The position numbers were made by a program, and so were the translations under genes. Of a DNA stretch of 43,022 nt, positions 18,050 to 27,467 are shown piece by piece. Every line of letters starts with the position of its first letter. Positions within the stretch are counted from its first letter, which is position 1. The notes under the pieces were generated by a model. It did no database searches. It saw only the letters and a list, made by a program, of their open reading frames with translations, and was not told the DNA's origin. The DNA comes from an uncultured Bacilli bacterium (GTDB taxonomy: Bacteria; Bacillota_I; Bacilli_A; RF39; UBA660), in the NCBI GenBank assembly GCA_947627845.1, contig CANQXQ010000002.1, positions 1 through 43,022 on the forward strand, in the 5' to 3' direction.

Positions 18050-18316
18050 ATGAAAAAAACATTAACAGAATTAGAAGCAAAAATTAAGGAAGTATTGCAA
18101 AAAGAAGAAATAATTGTGGACAGTATAACATATGAAAAAAATAGTGGCAATTATAATGTTTTAACGGTGGTGTTAGATAAAGTGGGCGGCATTGATTTAG
18201 ACACAATAGTCTCTGCCACCAACATAATTAATCCCCTTGTTGATGCTTATGATTTTACTGATGATTCCTACATATTAGATGTAGTATCTAAAGAAAGAGG
18301 TGAATTTAATGAATAA
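18050..18316 (+). CDS. rimP: Ribosome maturation factor RimP, N-terminal domain only (88 aa)
   Basis: Aligns by eye to the first roughly 95 aa of Bacillus YlxS/RimP and ends where the SSPG motif region would be. It sits in the conserved slot before nusA and overlaps the nusA start (ATGAATAA). Confidence 0.65.
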   Translation: MKKTLTELEAKIKEVLQKEEIIVDSITYEKNSGNYNVLTVVLDKVGGIDLDTIVSATNIINPLVDAYDFTDDSYILDVVSKERGEFNE

Positions 18317-19421
18317 TGAAGAATTTATTATTGCATTAAAAAATATTGTTAAAGAAAAAGGTATAAGTGAAGATGTTGTCTTTGAGGGAATGGAACAAGC
18401 TTTGCTTACTGCTTATAAGAAAAATTTTGATAGTAAGACTAACGCTAGAGTAGAAATTAATAAAGAAACTGGCGAAATAAAAGTTTATTCTTATTTAGTC
18501 GTTGTAGATGATGTTGATTATGGTCATGAAGAAGTTGATGAGGAGGGTAATGTTGTAAAAATACCACCAGAAATTAATCCTGATGCCCAAATCATTTTAG
18601 AACAAGCCGAAGAAATGGTCCCAGGAATTAAAGTAGGAGAAACTATTGAATATGAAATAACTCCTAAAGATTTTGGTCGGGTTGCTGCCTCCACTGCTAA
18701 ACAAGTTTTAACGCAAAAAATTAGAGAAGCCGAAAAAAATAGTATTATTGCCGAATTTCAAGATAAGCAAGATGAAATGCTTTTAGGTTTAGTCGCGATG
18801 GAAGATGTCCGCAACTATTATATTGATTTTGGTCGAACTAGAGGAATTCTTCCTAAAAGTGAAATTATTCCTGGTGAAACAATAAAAATGGGTTCTAATA
18901 TTCGGGTTTATGTAACTAAAATCGAAAATAATCCCAAAGGACCTCTAATATTATTATCAAGAAAACATTATGGCTTTGTTAAAAGATTATTTGAACTAGA
19001 AATTCCGGAACTTCAAGATGGTACTTTAATTATGCATGCCTGTGTTCGGGAGGCGGGAATTCGTTCTAAAATCGCCGTATCAAGTACTAATGAAAGAATT
19101 GATGCGATTGGTACATGTATTGGGGAAAGAGGTTCTCGGATTGCTAGTATTTTAAAAGAACTTAATGGAGAAAAAATCGATGTTGTTTTATATAGCGATG
19201 TTCCCGAAGACTATATTAAAAATGCTTTGAGTCCTGCCAAAAATGCGATAGTTAGTATAACTGATCCGGTAAAAAAAGAGGCTTTAGCGGTTGTCGATGA
19301 AAAAGAACTTCCTTTAGCTATAGGTAAAGGTGGTAATAATATTCGTCTCGCCAGTAAACTTACTAAATATAAAATTAGTATTAAAACTATGCAAGAAATA
19401 AACCAAGAGGGTAATAAGTAA
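18309..19421 (+). CDS. nusA: Transcription termination/antitermination factor NusA
   Basis: N-terminal domain, S1 and two KH domains (GERGSRI, IGKGGNNIRLA). SD AAAGAGGTGA precedes ATG 18309. Confidence 0.95.
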   Translation: MNNEEFIIALKNIVKEKGISEDVVFEGMEQALLTAYKKNFDSKTNARVEINKETGEIKVYSYLVVVDDVDYGHEEVDEEGNVVKIPPEINPDAQIILEQAEEMVPGIKVGETIEYEITPKDFGRVAASTAKQVLTQKIREAEKNSIIAEFQDKQDEMLLGLVAMEDVRNYYIDFGRTRGILPKSEIIPGETIKMGSNIRVYVTKIENNPKGPLILLSRKHYGFVKRLFELEIPELQDGTLIMHACVREAGIRSKIAVSSTNERIDAIGTCIGERGSRIASILKELNGEKIDVVLYSDVPEDYIKNALSPAKNAIVSITDPVKKEALAVVDEKELPLAIGKGGNNIRLASKLTKYKISIKTMQEINQEGNK

Positions 19422-19433
19422 AAGAGGCCAAAT

Positions 19434-19694
19434 ATGCAAAAGAAAAAAATTCCCATGCGTACTTGCGTAATTACAAAAGAAAAATGTGAAAAAAAAGATT
19501 TGCTTCGTCTAGTTAGAACACCTGAGGGTAATGTTATTGTTGATCCCACCGGCAAAAAAAATGGTCGGGGTGCTTATTTAAAAAAAGATAAGGAAATAAT
19601 AACTAAAGCCGAAAATTCTAAAATCCTAGACCACATTTTACAAGTCGAAATACCTAGGGAAATATATGAAGAAGCTAAAAACTTATGTAAATAA
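19434..19694 (+). CDS. ylxR: YlxR family RNA-binding protein
   Basis: RTCV..K....KKDLLRLV and GRGAYL motifs. Located between nusA and infB. Confidence 0.85.
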   Translation: MQKKKIPMRTCVITKEKCEKKDLLRLVRTPEGNVIVDPTGKKNGRGAYLKKDKEIITKAENSKILDHILQVEIPREIYEEAKNLCK

Positions 19695-19715
19695 AAAATG
19701 AAAGGAGATTAACTT

Positions 19716-21824
19716 ATGACTGTTAAAGAATATGCGCTAGATATAAATTTAAGTATTGCCGAAGTAATAAAAAAATGTAATGATTTAGGAATTGAAGTTA
19801 AAAGTGCCGATGATTATTTAACGGATGATGATGTTATTATTCTAGATAATGCCATTAATTTAATTGTGGAAGATGACGATTATGAAGTAGAAGACACAAT
19901 TGATGAAGTCGTAGATGAAATCGTCGAAAGTTCCAATATTACTAAAAATATTAATACTACCGATAAAAAACAAAAATTAAAGAAAAAAAATAATAATGCC
20001 GAAGTTAATGATTATTCTAAATTACGTAAAGAAATGTATAAGAATAAAGATAAATTAATGAAAAACACTAAAGATGAAAATGTTATTTTATTTAAAGATG
20101 GAATGACAGTTTTAGATTTAGCCACTGAACTTAATATTAATGGTACTGATATTATTAAAAAATTAATGTCTTTAGGTTTAATGTTATCTTTGAATAATCC
20201 TATTGATTTTGAAAATGCTGAAATTATTGCTTTAGAATATGATAAAACTTTAAAAAGAGAAGAAACGCAAGATGTTTCTAATTTTGAAGAATATGAAATT
20301 ATTGATAATGAAAGTGATTTAGTCGAAAGACCGCCAATTGTAACTATTATGGGTCATGTTGATCATGGTAAAACAACTTTACTTGATTACATTCGTAATT
20401 CTCATATTGTTGATACTGAATCAGGAGGTATTACCCAAGCTATAGGGGCTTATCAAATTGAGACCAATGGTAAAAAAATAACTTTTATCGATACTCCCGG
20501 TCATGCAGCTTTTACCGAAATGCGTGCTAGAGGTGCTAGTGTTACTGATATTGTTATTATTATTGTGGCTGCTGATGATGGAGTTATGCCTCAAACTAAA
20601 GAAGCCGTGGAACATGCTTTAAGTGCTAAAGTACCTATTATTGTTGCGGTCAATAAAATAGATAAACCTAATGCTAATCCGGAAAAAATTCGTACTGAAA
20701 TGGCGGAAATTAATATCACTCCTGAAGAATGGGGTGGCGATGTTCCATTTATTAATATTTCTGCCCATACTGGCGAGGGTATAGATAAATTATTAGAAAC
20801 CATTTTAGCTATAAGTGAAGTAAATGGCTTAAAAGCTAATCCTCAAAGATATGCGGTGGGCTCTGTAATCGAATCTCGTCAAGATAAAAATGTTGGTGGT
20901 ATTGCTAGTTTATTAATCTTAAATGGAACTTTACGTTTAGGTGATCCTATTGTTGTTGGTACTACTTATGGTAAAGTAAGAACTATGAAAAATGATTTAG
21001 GTGAAGCTATAACTATGGCTCATCCTGGTACTCCCGTCGAAATTACTGGTTTAAATGAAAATCCTAGTGCTGGTGATAAATTTATGGCTTTTGAAACTGA
21101 AAAAGAAGCCAAAGAAATTGCTGAAAAAAGAGCTATTCATCAAAAAGAAAATAAATATAAGAAAGATATTATCTCACTAGATGATTTATTTAGTAAAATA
21201 AATGAGGGTCAAAAAGAGATTAATGTTGTTTTAAAAACAGATGTTCGCGGTTCTGAAGAAGCGGTTAAAAATAGTTTATTAAAAATTGATGTTGCCGGGG
21301 TAAAAGTAAATGTTATTCGTTCAGGAATTGGCACTATTACTGAAAGTGATGTCGTTTTAGCTAATGCATCTAATGCCATTATTATTGGTTTTAATGTCAG
21401 TCCATCCAATGCTACTAAAGAGATGGCTAAAGAATATAATGTTGAAATTCGGACATACACTATTATTTATAAATGTATTGAAGAAATAGAATTAGCTATG
21501 AAAGGTATGCTTGATCCCGAATTTGAAGAACATATTTTAGGAACTGCTGAAATTCGGAAAATCTTTAAATTTTCTAAAGTTGGTAATATTGCCGGTTCTT
21601 ATGTAACTGATGGTTTAATTAGAAATAATGCTTCAGTTCGAATTATTCGTGATGGTGTAATTATCTATGATGGTAAAATAGCTTCTATTCAAAGAGAAAA
21701 AGATAGTGTTAAAGAAGTTAAAAAGGGTTATGAATGTGGTATAACCTTTGAAAACTTTAGCGATATTAAAGAAAAAGATATTATTGAATGCTTTGAAATG
21801 GTCGAGGTGAAACCAAATGCCTAG
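19716..21824 (+). CDS. infB: Translation initiation factor IF-2
   Basis: GTPase motifs GHVDHGKTTLLD, DTPGH and NKID, plus IF2 N- and C-terminal domains. Confidence 0.95.
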   Translation: MTVKEYALDINLSIAEVIKKCNDLGIEVKSADDYLTDDDVIILDNAINLIVEDDDYEVEDTIDEVVDEIVESSNITKNINTTDKKQKLKKKNNNAEVNDYSKLRKEMYKNKDKLMKNTKDENVILFKDGMTVLDLATELNINGTDIIKKLMSLGLMLSLNNPIDFENAEIIALEYDKTLKREETQDVSNFEEYEIIDNESDLVERPPIVTIMGHVDHGKTTLLDYIRNSHIVDTESGGITQAIGAYQIETNGKKITFIDTPGHAAFTEMRARGASVTDIVIIIVAADDGVMPQTKEAVEHALSAKVPIIVAVNKIDKPNANPEKIRTEMAEINITPEEWGGDVPFINISAHTGEGIDKLLETILAISEVNGLKANPQRYAVGSVIESRQDKNVGGIASLLILNGTLRLGDPIVVGTTYGKVRTMKNDLGEAITMAHPGTPVEITGLNENPSAGDKFMAFETEKEAKEIAEKRAIHQKENKYKKDIISLDDLFSKINEGQKEINVVLKTDVRGSEEAVKNSLLKIDVAGVKVNVIRSGIGTITESDVVLANASNAIIIGFNVSPSNATKEMAKEYNVEIRTYTIIYKCIEEIELAMKGMLDPEFEEHILGTAEIRKIFKFSKVGNIAGSYVTDGLIRNNASVRIIRDGVIIYDGKIASIQREKDSVKEVKKGYECGITFENFSDIKEKDIIECFEMVEVKPNA

Positions 21825-22161
21825 TCATAAATTAGCTAAAATATCTTCGGAACTAGTTAGAGTTATTAGTGAAATAATATTTGATACTGCTCGGGATGAA
21901 ATTTTAAAGACAGTTACTATTACAGGAGCTAAAGTATCAAAAGATTTAGGCTATGCTAAAGTTTATTTTACTTCATTAAGCGATTTAGATAAAAAAACTT
22001 TAGTAAAAGAAGTAAATGAAGCAAGTTCATTTATTAGAACTGAAGTCGCCGCGCGTATGGATTTAAGACATACTCCGGAATTAGAATTTGTTTATGATGA
22101 CTCAATTGAATATGCCAATAGAATAGAAAATATTATTAAAGAAATTCATGAAGACGAATAA
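21817..22161 (+). CDS. rbfA: Ribosome-binding factor A
   Basis: Size, position after infB, and the LRHTPELEF motif. Confidence 0.9.
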   Translation: MPSHKLAKISSELVRVISEIIFDTARDEILKTVTITGAKVSKDLGYAKVYFTSLSDLDKKTLVKEVNEASSFIRTEVAARMDLRHTPELEFVYDDSIEYANRIENIIKEIHEDE

Positions 22162-22993
22162 TGGTATTATTGTAGTAAATAAAGAGTCCGGTTATACTTC
22201 TAGAGATGTTGTCAATATTATCAGTAAAAAATTAGGCACTAAAAAAGTGGGCCATACTGGTACTTTAGATCCTTTAGCCAAAGGCGTATTAGTTGTACTT
22301 TTCGGTAAATATACAAAACTCGTAAATATCTTAACTAGTTTAACTAAAATATATGAAGCTGAAATAAAACTTGGCATTGAAACAGATACTTTAGATATTA
22401 CGGGCAATATAATCAAAACTGAGCCCTTTAATTTAAAAAAAGAAGATATAATCTCAGTTTTAAATTCTTTTAAAGGCCTTTATCACATGGAAGTTCCTGC
22501 TTATTCAGCCATTAAAGTAAATGGTAAAAAATTATATGATTATGCCCGAAATAATCTTTCGGTTACTCTTCCTTTTAAAGATGTAGAAATTTATGATATT
22601 GAATTTTTAGACTTTCAAAATGATATTATAAAATTTCGGGTAAAAGTCGCAAAGGGAACTTATATACGGAGTTTAATTCGTGATATTTGTCATAAATTAA
22701 ATACTATTGGCACTATGAGTAATTTAATTAGAATTTCTCAAGGTGATTTTAATTTAAAAGATGCCTATACTTTAAAAGAAATCCAAAATGATAATTATAA
22801 AGTTTTAAATATTCGGGATGTTTTACCATTAAAAGAATTAGAACTTCCTGAAGATTTAGCAACTAAAGTTAAAAATGGTAATATCATAAATTTATCTGAA
22901 GAAGCTGAATATATTTTATTTATTTCTAACGATGAAGATATTGCTTTATATAAAAAGAATAAAAATAATTATGAATGTTTAATATTATTCTAA
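22148..22993 (+). CDS. truB: tRNA pseudouridine-55 synthase TruB
   Basis: GHTGTLDPLAKGVL catalytic motif. Confidence 0.9.
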   Translation: MKTNNGIIVVNKESGYTSRDVVNIISKKLGTKKVGHTGTLDPLAKGVLVVLFGKYTKLVNILTSLTKIYEAEIKLGIETDTLDITGNIIKTEPFNLKKEDIISVLNSFKGLYHMEVPAYSAIKVNGKKLYDYARNNLSVTLPFKDVEIYDIEFLDFQNDIIKFRVKVAKGTYIRSLIRDICHKLNTIGTMSNLIRISQGDFNLKDAYTLKEIQNDNYKVLNIRDVLPLKELELPEDLATKVKNGNIINLSEEAEYILFISNDEDIALYKKNKNNYECLILF

Positions 22994-23014
22994 AAAGCTA
23001 CTATAATAAAAAAC

Positions 23015-23065
23015 AAAGAAAAGCTCTCAAGAATTTTGATTAACTTGTCAAAAATTCTTGGGAGT
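23015..23065. terminator. Bidirectional terminator between truB and the HD-domain gene
   Basis: Long imperfect hairpin CTCTCAAGAATTTT / AAAATTCTTGGGAG, flanked by an A-rich run and a T-rich run. Confidence 0.7.
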
Positions 23066-23076
23066 TATTATTTTAA

Positions 23077-23718
23077 TTATCTATTTTTTTTACTTATTTC
23101 ATTATTAATCGCGTAATTTGAAACTGCTCTAAAATTTTGATCATAAGGGTAAACTTGTTGTCCAAATTTAAGCCACATAGTTGACCATGAACTACTTGTT
23201 TTAAGTAATTCCTGAACTCTAGCATTGTTCATTGTGGCATTATTTTCTTGCTTATTTAAATCAACGCATCCTTCTTCATCATACAATTTACTTTGTAAAT
23301 CACATTCTAATTTATCACATTGATAAGCAAACATTGCTTCTTTTGTATTATGGGCATCAAATTCTAAAAACAATTTTTCAATTTGATTGCCATCTATTAA
23401 ACCACTTAATATTTTATGGACTGTTTCATGTTCTAGGATTTCTTTTTCCTCTTTTGATATTTGAAATTGAGTTAAATCCCCAATTACAGTTTCGCCAAGT
23501 TCGTGAATAGCAAGCATATATATAACTTTCATAATATTTACATCGTATTGATATTCGGATTTCATCGCAATTGCTAACATTTGGACACTAAAAATATGTT
23601 CAGCAACACTCTCAATTCTTTCTCTTTGAACATTCCAATCTTTCCAACCTGTTCTAATAACATTCTTTAATCTATTACATATTACATAATAATCAATAAC
23701 GTTTTGTTCTTTTGACAT
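23077..23718 (-). CDS. HD-domain 5'-deoxynucleotidase-like hydrolase (YfbR/HDDC2 family)
   Basis: ESVAEH....HELGE..IGD motif pattern of YfbR-type HD phosphohydrolases. Confidence 0.7.
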   Translation of the reverse strand: MSKEQNVIDYYVICNRLKNVIRTGWKDWNVQRERIESVAEHIFSVQMLAIAMKSEYQYDVNIMKVIYMLAIHELGETVIGDLTQFQISKEEKEILEHETVHKILSGLIDGNQIEKLFLEFDAHNTKEAMFAYQCDKLECDLQSKLYDEEGCVDLNKQENNATMNNARVQELLKTSSSWSTMWLKFGQQVYPYDQNFRAVSNYAINNEISKKNR

Positions 23719-23863
23719 ATAATTTCTTCTTTCTTAAAAGGTTAGTATAACATTTTAGTTAATTTAAATCAAACTATTCTTATATAAAGCTATATCTTCC
23801 AATAATAGATAGATATACTTGTTTATCTTTTAATTAAATAAAAATCAAAACAATTTATAGTAA

Positions 23864-24085
23864 TTATTTTACTTTTGGTGGGACTAAATCAATACCTCCA
23901 CTTTTACTTAAAGGATTACACTTTAAAATTCTTTTCAATATTAAGTACAATCCTTTTATGGTTCCATGCACTTCTAAAGCTTCAATTGCATAGTTACTAC
24001 AAGTGGGGTAAAATCTACAAGCATTATGAAAATTCCCTGGTATAGATTGATATAGTTTTATTAATTTAATTAATCCTTTTTTCAT
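23864..24085 (-). CDS. yidD: Membrane protein insertion efficiency factor YidD
   Basis: [17 protein letters not shown] motif; 73 aa. Confidence 0.9.
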   Translation of the reverse strand: MKKGLIKLIKLYQSIPGNFHNACRFYPTCSNYAIEALEVHGTIKGLYLILKRILKCNPLSKSGGIDLVPPKVK

Positions 24086-24277
24086 AATTAATATTTTATC
24101 TTAAGTCTTAAAATTTAGCAATATTTACTTGTAATTTTATATAATATATAGTAAAATAATCTCGGCAAATAAATTGCAAATACACATTAATAGGGAGTAT
24201 TAAGCCTAGTGCTAATTAATTTAGTGGTGTAATACATTGAACTATTAAGAGGTAAAAACGAAAGGATGGGATGATTT

Positions 24278-25258
24278 ATGGCCGTTGTTTCTATGAGTTA
24301 TTTATTAGAAGCAGGAGTTCATTTTGGACATCAAACAAAAAGATGGAATCCTAAAATGAAAGAGTATATTTTTGGAGCAAGAGAAGATATTTATATTATC
24401 GATCTTGAAAAAACAACTAAAAAAATGGAGGAAGCCTACGAAGCAATTAAAATGATCGCTGATAATGGTGGAACATTCTTATTTGTAGGTACTAAAAAGC
24501 AAGCCCAAGATGCTGCGAAAGAAGAAGCTTTAAGAAGTAATTCTTATTATGTAACTGAAAGATGGTTAGGAGGAACCTTAACTAATTTTAGAACTATTAG
24601 AAGAAGAGTTAAACGCCTTGAAGAAATTGAAAATATGGAAAAAGATGGTAGATTTGAAGTTTTACCTAAAAAAGAAGTTATTGGTCTTCGTAAAGAATAT
24701 GATAAGTTAAATAAAATTTTAGCTGGTATTCGGGAAATGAGTAAACTACCAAATGCTTTAATTATCGTTGATCCTAAAAAAGAAATTAATGCTATAAGAG
24801 AAGCTCGTAAATTACGTATTCCGGTTTTTGGTTTAGTTGATACTAACTGTGATCCTGATGATGTAGATTATGTTATTCCTGGCAATGATGATGCTGTAAG
24901 AAGTGTTAAAGTTGTTTTAGGAGTTTTAACTAATGCTATTTGTGAATCACGTGGTTTAGAAATGGTTGATTATGTTACTGAAGAAGATAAAAAATCTAAA
25001 AGTGAACCAAAAACTATGGATGAGTTAATTAAGGAAGAACCAAAAGAATTAAAAAAATCTGATTTTGAGGATGAAGAACCAAGAAAAGAAGAAAAACCTC
25101 ATAAAGAAAAAAAAGTTGTTGAACCCAAAAAAGAAAAAAAAGTAGAAGTTAATTATGATGATATGACTTTAGCTGAACTTAAAAATGTGGCTAAAGAAAA
25201 AGGCATCAAAGGTTATTCTACAATGAAAAAAGAAGATTTAATTAAAAATTTAAAATAA
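24278..25258 (+). CDS. rpsB: 30S ribosomal protein S2 with a roughly 90-aa C-terminal extension
   Basis: Canonical S2 core ([19 protein letters not shown]) through about aa 235. A Lys/Glu-rich linker and a terminal HeH-like module follow. Confidence 0.95.
   Translation: MAVVSMSYLLEAGVHFGHQTKRWNPKMKEYIFGAREDIYIIDLEKTTKKMEEAYEAIKMIADNGGTFLFVGTKKQAQDAAKEEALRSNSYYVTERWLGGTLTNFRTIRRRVKRLEEIENMEKDGRFEVLPKKEVIGLRKEYDKLNKILAGIREMSKLPNALIIVDPKKEINAIREARKLRIPVFGLVDTNCDPDDVDYVIPGNDDAVRSVKVVLGVLTNAICESRGLEMVDYVTEEDKKSKSEPKTMDELIKEEPKELKKSDFEDEEPRKEEKPHKEKKVVEPKKEKKVEVNYDDMTLAELKNVAKEKGIKGYSTMKKEDLIKNLK
25163..25258 (+). repeat. Copy 1 of a 96-nt module encoding [31 protein letters not shown] (Rho_N/HeH-like)
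   Basis: By hand alignment, about 85 of 96 nt are identical to 34535-34630, including the stop codon. Confidence 0.85.
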
Positions 25259-25273
25259 ATGGAGGAAAGAAAT

Positions 25274-26152
25274 ATGTTAGTTACAGCAAGTATGGTAAAA
25301 GACCTACGTGAAGCAACTGGGGCTGGAATGATGGATTGCAAAAACGCCTTAAATGCAACTGATGGTAATATGGATGCTGCAATCGATTGGTTAAGAGAAA
25401 AAGGTATTGCTAAAAGTGCTAAAAAAGAATCAAGAATTGCCGCGGAAGGTTTAGCTAATATTTTTATTAAAGATAATCGCGCAGTTATTTTAGAAGTTAA
25501 TAGTGAAACTGATTTTGTAAGTAAAAATGCCGAATTTACCAGTATGATAGACACAATTGGTAATACTATTTTAAATAGTAATGTCTCTACTTTAGAAGAT
25601 GCCTTAAAACTTCCAACTGAAAATGGTACTATTAATGATTTAATTATAGCTAAAACCGCTAAAATTGGTGAAAAACTATCTTTAAGAAGAATTGAAGTAG
25701 TTGAAAAAAATGCGACTGAAAACTTTGGAGCTTATCTTCACATGGGTGGCAAAATTGCGGTTTTAAGTGTAGTTGAGGGAGCAAATAGTGATGTTGCAAA
25801 AGATGTATCTATGCAAGCTGCCGCTATGCGTCCGGAATATGTCTTTATTGAAGATGTTCCTGAAGAAATTGTCGAAAAAGAAAAAGCAGTTCAAAAAGAA
25901 TTAGCTATGTCCGAGGGTAAACCGGCTGATATTGCTGAAAAAATGGTTGAAGGTCGAATTAAAAAATATTTTAAGGAAATCTGTTTAGCTGAACAAGAAT
26001 TTATTAAAGATGGTGATATTTCGGTTGCCACTTATGTTAAAAATAATCATGGAACTATCAAGAAAGTTATTCGTTATGAAGTAGGCGAAGGAATGGAAAA
26101 AAGAAATGAAAACTTTGCTGAAGAAGTAATGAATCAAATTAAAGAAAGCTAG
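25274..26152 (+). CDS. tsf: Elongation factor Ts
   Basis: MLVTASMVKDLREATGAGMMDCKNAL UBA-like N-terminus. ATG 25274 follows GGAGG; the track's start at 25259 contains the SD. Confidence 0.95.
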   Translation: MLVTASMVKDLREATGAGMMDCKNALNATDGNMDAAIDWLREKGIAKSAKKESRIAAEGLANIFIKDNRAVILEVNSETDFVSKNAEFTSMIDTIGNTILNSNVSTLEDALKLPTENGTINDLIIAKTAKIGEKLSLRRIEVVEKNATENFGAYLHMGGKIAVLSVVEGANSDVAKDVSMQAAAMRPEYVFIEDVPEEIVEKEKAVQKELAMSEGKPADIAEKMVEGRIKKYFKEICLAEQEFIKDGDISVATYVKNNHGTIKKVIRYEVGEGMEKRNENFAEEVMNQIKES

Positions 26153-26170
26153 CCTTTAGGTTAGTTTTTT
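26149..26170 (+). terminator. Intrinsic terminator after tsf
   Basis: Stem CTAGCC / GGTTAG (one G-U pair), loop TTTA, then TTTTTT. Confidence 0.55.
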
Positions 26171-26254
26171 ATTGGACATTTATTTAACATTTTTTCATGG
26201 TTTTATTTAAGTTAAATTCTAATAAATGTTATAATATAAATAAGTGGTGGTAGT

Positions 26255-26845
26255 ATGAATAAAACAATAAAAAAGGTTATTGAAGGCTTATTATTTGTTG
26301 CCATAATTGTAGCTTTTATAATTATTGGTAAAACTGATTTTAGTCCTAAAAAACCTATCGATAACGAAAAATTTGATCATGATTATACTAATGTTAGTGC
26401 TGATAATGTTTATAAATATGTTAATTCTAATGAAGTTTATTCTTTTCTCCGGAGTGGTACAGGTGTATTATTTTTAGGTTATCCAACCAATAAATGGACT
26501 GGTTATTATGCTAGTATTTTAAATGATGCGGCTCAAGAATTAGGCTTAAAAGAAATTTTATATTATGATTTTTATGAAGATAAAGCGGTTAAAAATGCTA
26601 CATATCAAAGTTTAGTTTTAAAACTCAATAATTTTCTTCCTACTTTAGATGATGGCACTCAAAACTTACAAGCACCTAGTATGATAATTGTAAAAGAGGG
26701 CACAATTATTTATTATGATGATGAAACCTCCATTAATCGCGGAACTATAACTCCTACCGAATATTGGAATGAATTTAAAATAAAATCCAAACAAGAAAGT
26801 TTAAAAGAAATATTAGCTAATAATTTAAATACTTTAGCCAATTAA
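26255..26845 (+). CDS. Membrane-anchored hypothetical protein, possibly thioredoxin-fold without CxxC
   Basis: N-terminal TM anchor. The pattern VLFLGYPTNKWTGYYASILNDAA sits where thioredoxin-like proteins carry WCxxC, and no cysteines are present. Confidence 0.4.
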   Translation: MNKTIKKVIEGLLFVAIIVAFIIIGKTDFSPKKPIDNEKFDHDYTNVSADNVYKYVNSNEVYSFLRSGTGVLFLGYPTNKWTGYYASILNDAAQELGLKEILYYDFYEDKAVKNATYQSLVLKLNNFLPTLDDGTQNLQAPSMIIVKEGTIIYYDDETSINRGTITPTEYWNEFKIKSKQESLKEILANNLNTLAN

Positions 26846-26877
26846 ACCATATAATTAAAAGAAAAATGCATAAAAAC

Positions 26878-26906
26878 TTGTTAAAAGTGATAAATAAAGA
26901 TATAAT
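26878..26906 (+). promoter_or_regulatory. Sigma-A promoter of frr
   Basis: TTGTTA, 17-nt spacer, TATAAT. Confidence 0.6.
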
Positions 26907-26938
26907 GATATTATAAAATTAATTTAGGAGGAATAATA

Positions 26939-27466
26939 ATGGACACAGAATTAAAATTTATGAAAGCAATCGAGAATTTAGAATCCCGTTTAACGAATAT
27001 TCGCGCAGGCCGAGCTAATCCGGCCATGTTAAATGGTATTATGGCTAGTTATTATGGCACTTTAACTCCAGTACAAAGTTTAGCTAACATAACTGTTCCT
27101 GAAGCTCGCAGTTTAATGATTAAACCTTTTGATAAAAGTGCTTTAAAAGATATTGAAAGAGCTCTAAATGAAGCTAATTTAGGTATTACCCCAGTCAATA
27201 ATGGGGAAGTAATCATTTTAACTGTACCGGAACTTACGGAAGAAAAAAGAAGAGACTATGTTAAACAAGCTAAAATGATATGTGAAGAAGCACGAGTTGC
27301 TTTACGTAATATTCGCCAAGATGCTAATAATGAAATTAAAGCATCCGAAATGCCTGAAGATGCTGAAAAAGCGGCTTTAGATGAAATTCAAGATTTAATT
27401 AATAAATATAATAAACAAATTGATGACATATTTAAAGAAAAAGAAGCCGAGTTAATGAGGGTTTAA
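26939..27466 (+). CDS. frr: Ribosome recycling factor
   Basis: IRAGRANPAMLNGI and the LTEEKRRDYVKQAK motif. Confidence 0.95.
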   Translation: MDTELKFMKAIENLESRLTNIRAGRANPAMLNGIMASYYGTLTPVQSLANITVPEARSLMIKPFDKSALKDIERALNEANLGITPVNNGEVIILTVPELTEEKRRDYVKQAKMICEEARVALRNIRQDANNEIKASEMPEDAEKAALDEIQDLINKYNKQIDDIFKEKEAELMRV

Positions 27467-27467
27467 A

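Noticed and set aside
19211-19555. Minus-strand 114-aa ORF spanning the nusA/ylxR junction
   Set aside because: It overlaps two strongly supported conserved genes. It is a hydrophobic shadow frame with no start context.
20421-21460. Three minus-strand ORFs inside infB (20421-20615, 20591-20803, 21209-21460)
   Set aside because: They are antisense to a universally conserved gene. Shadow ORFs.
22192-22416. Minus-strand ORF inside truB
   Set aside because: Shadow ORF.
23232-23510. Plus-strand ORF inside the minus-strand HD-domain gene
   Set aside because: The HD motifs clearly read on the minus strand. The plus-frame product is low-complexity.
24146-24277. Roughly 125-nt 5' UTR of rpsB as a possible S2-binding autoregulatory leader
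   Set aside because: I could not find a convincing conserved or stable secondary structure by eye, and the promoter assignment itself is weak (TTAGCA, 19-nt spacer, TATAAT).
25213-25554. Minus-strand 113-aa ORF across the rpsB/tsf junction
   Set aside because: It overlaps two ribosomal/translation genes. Shadow ORF.
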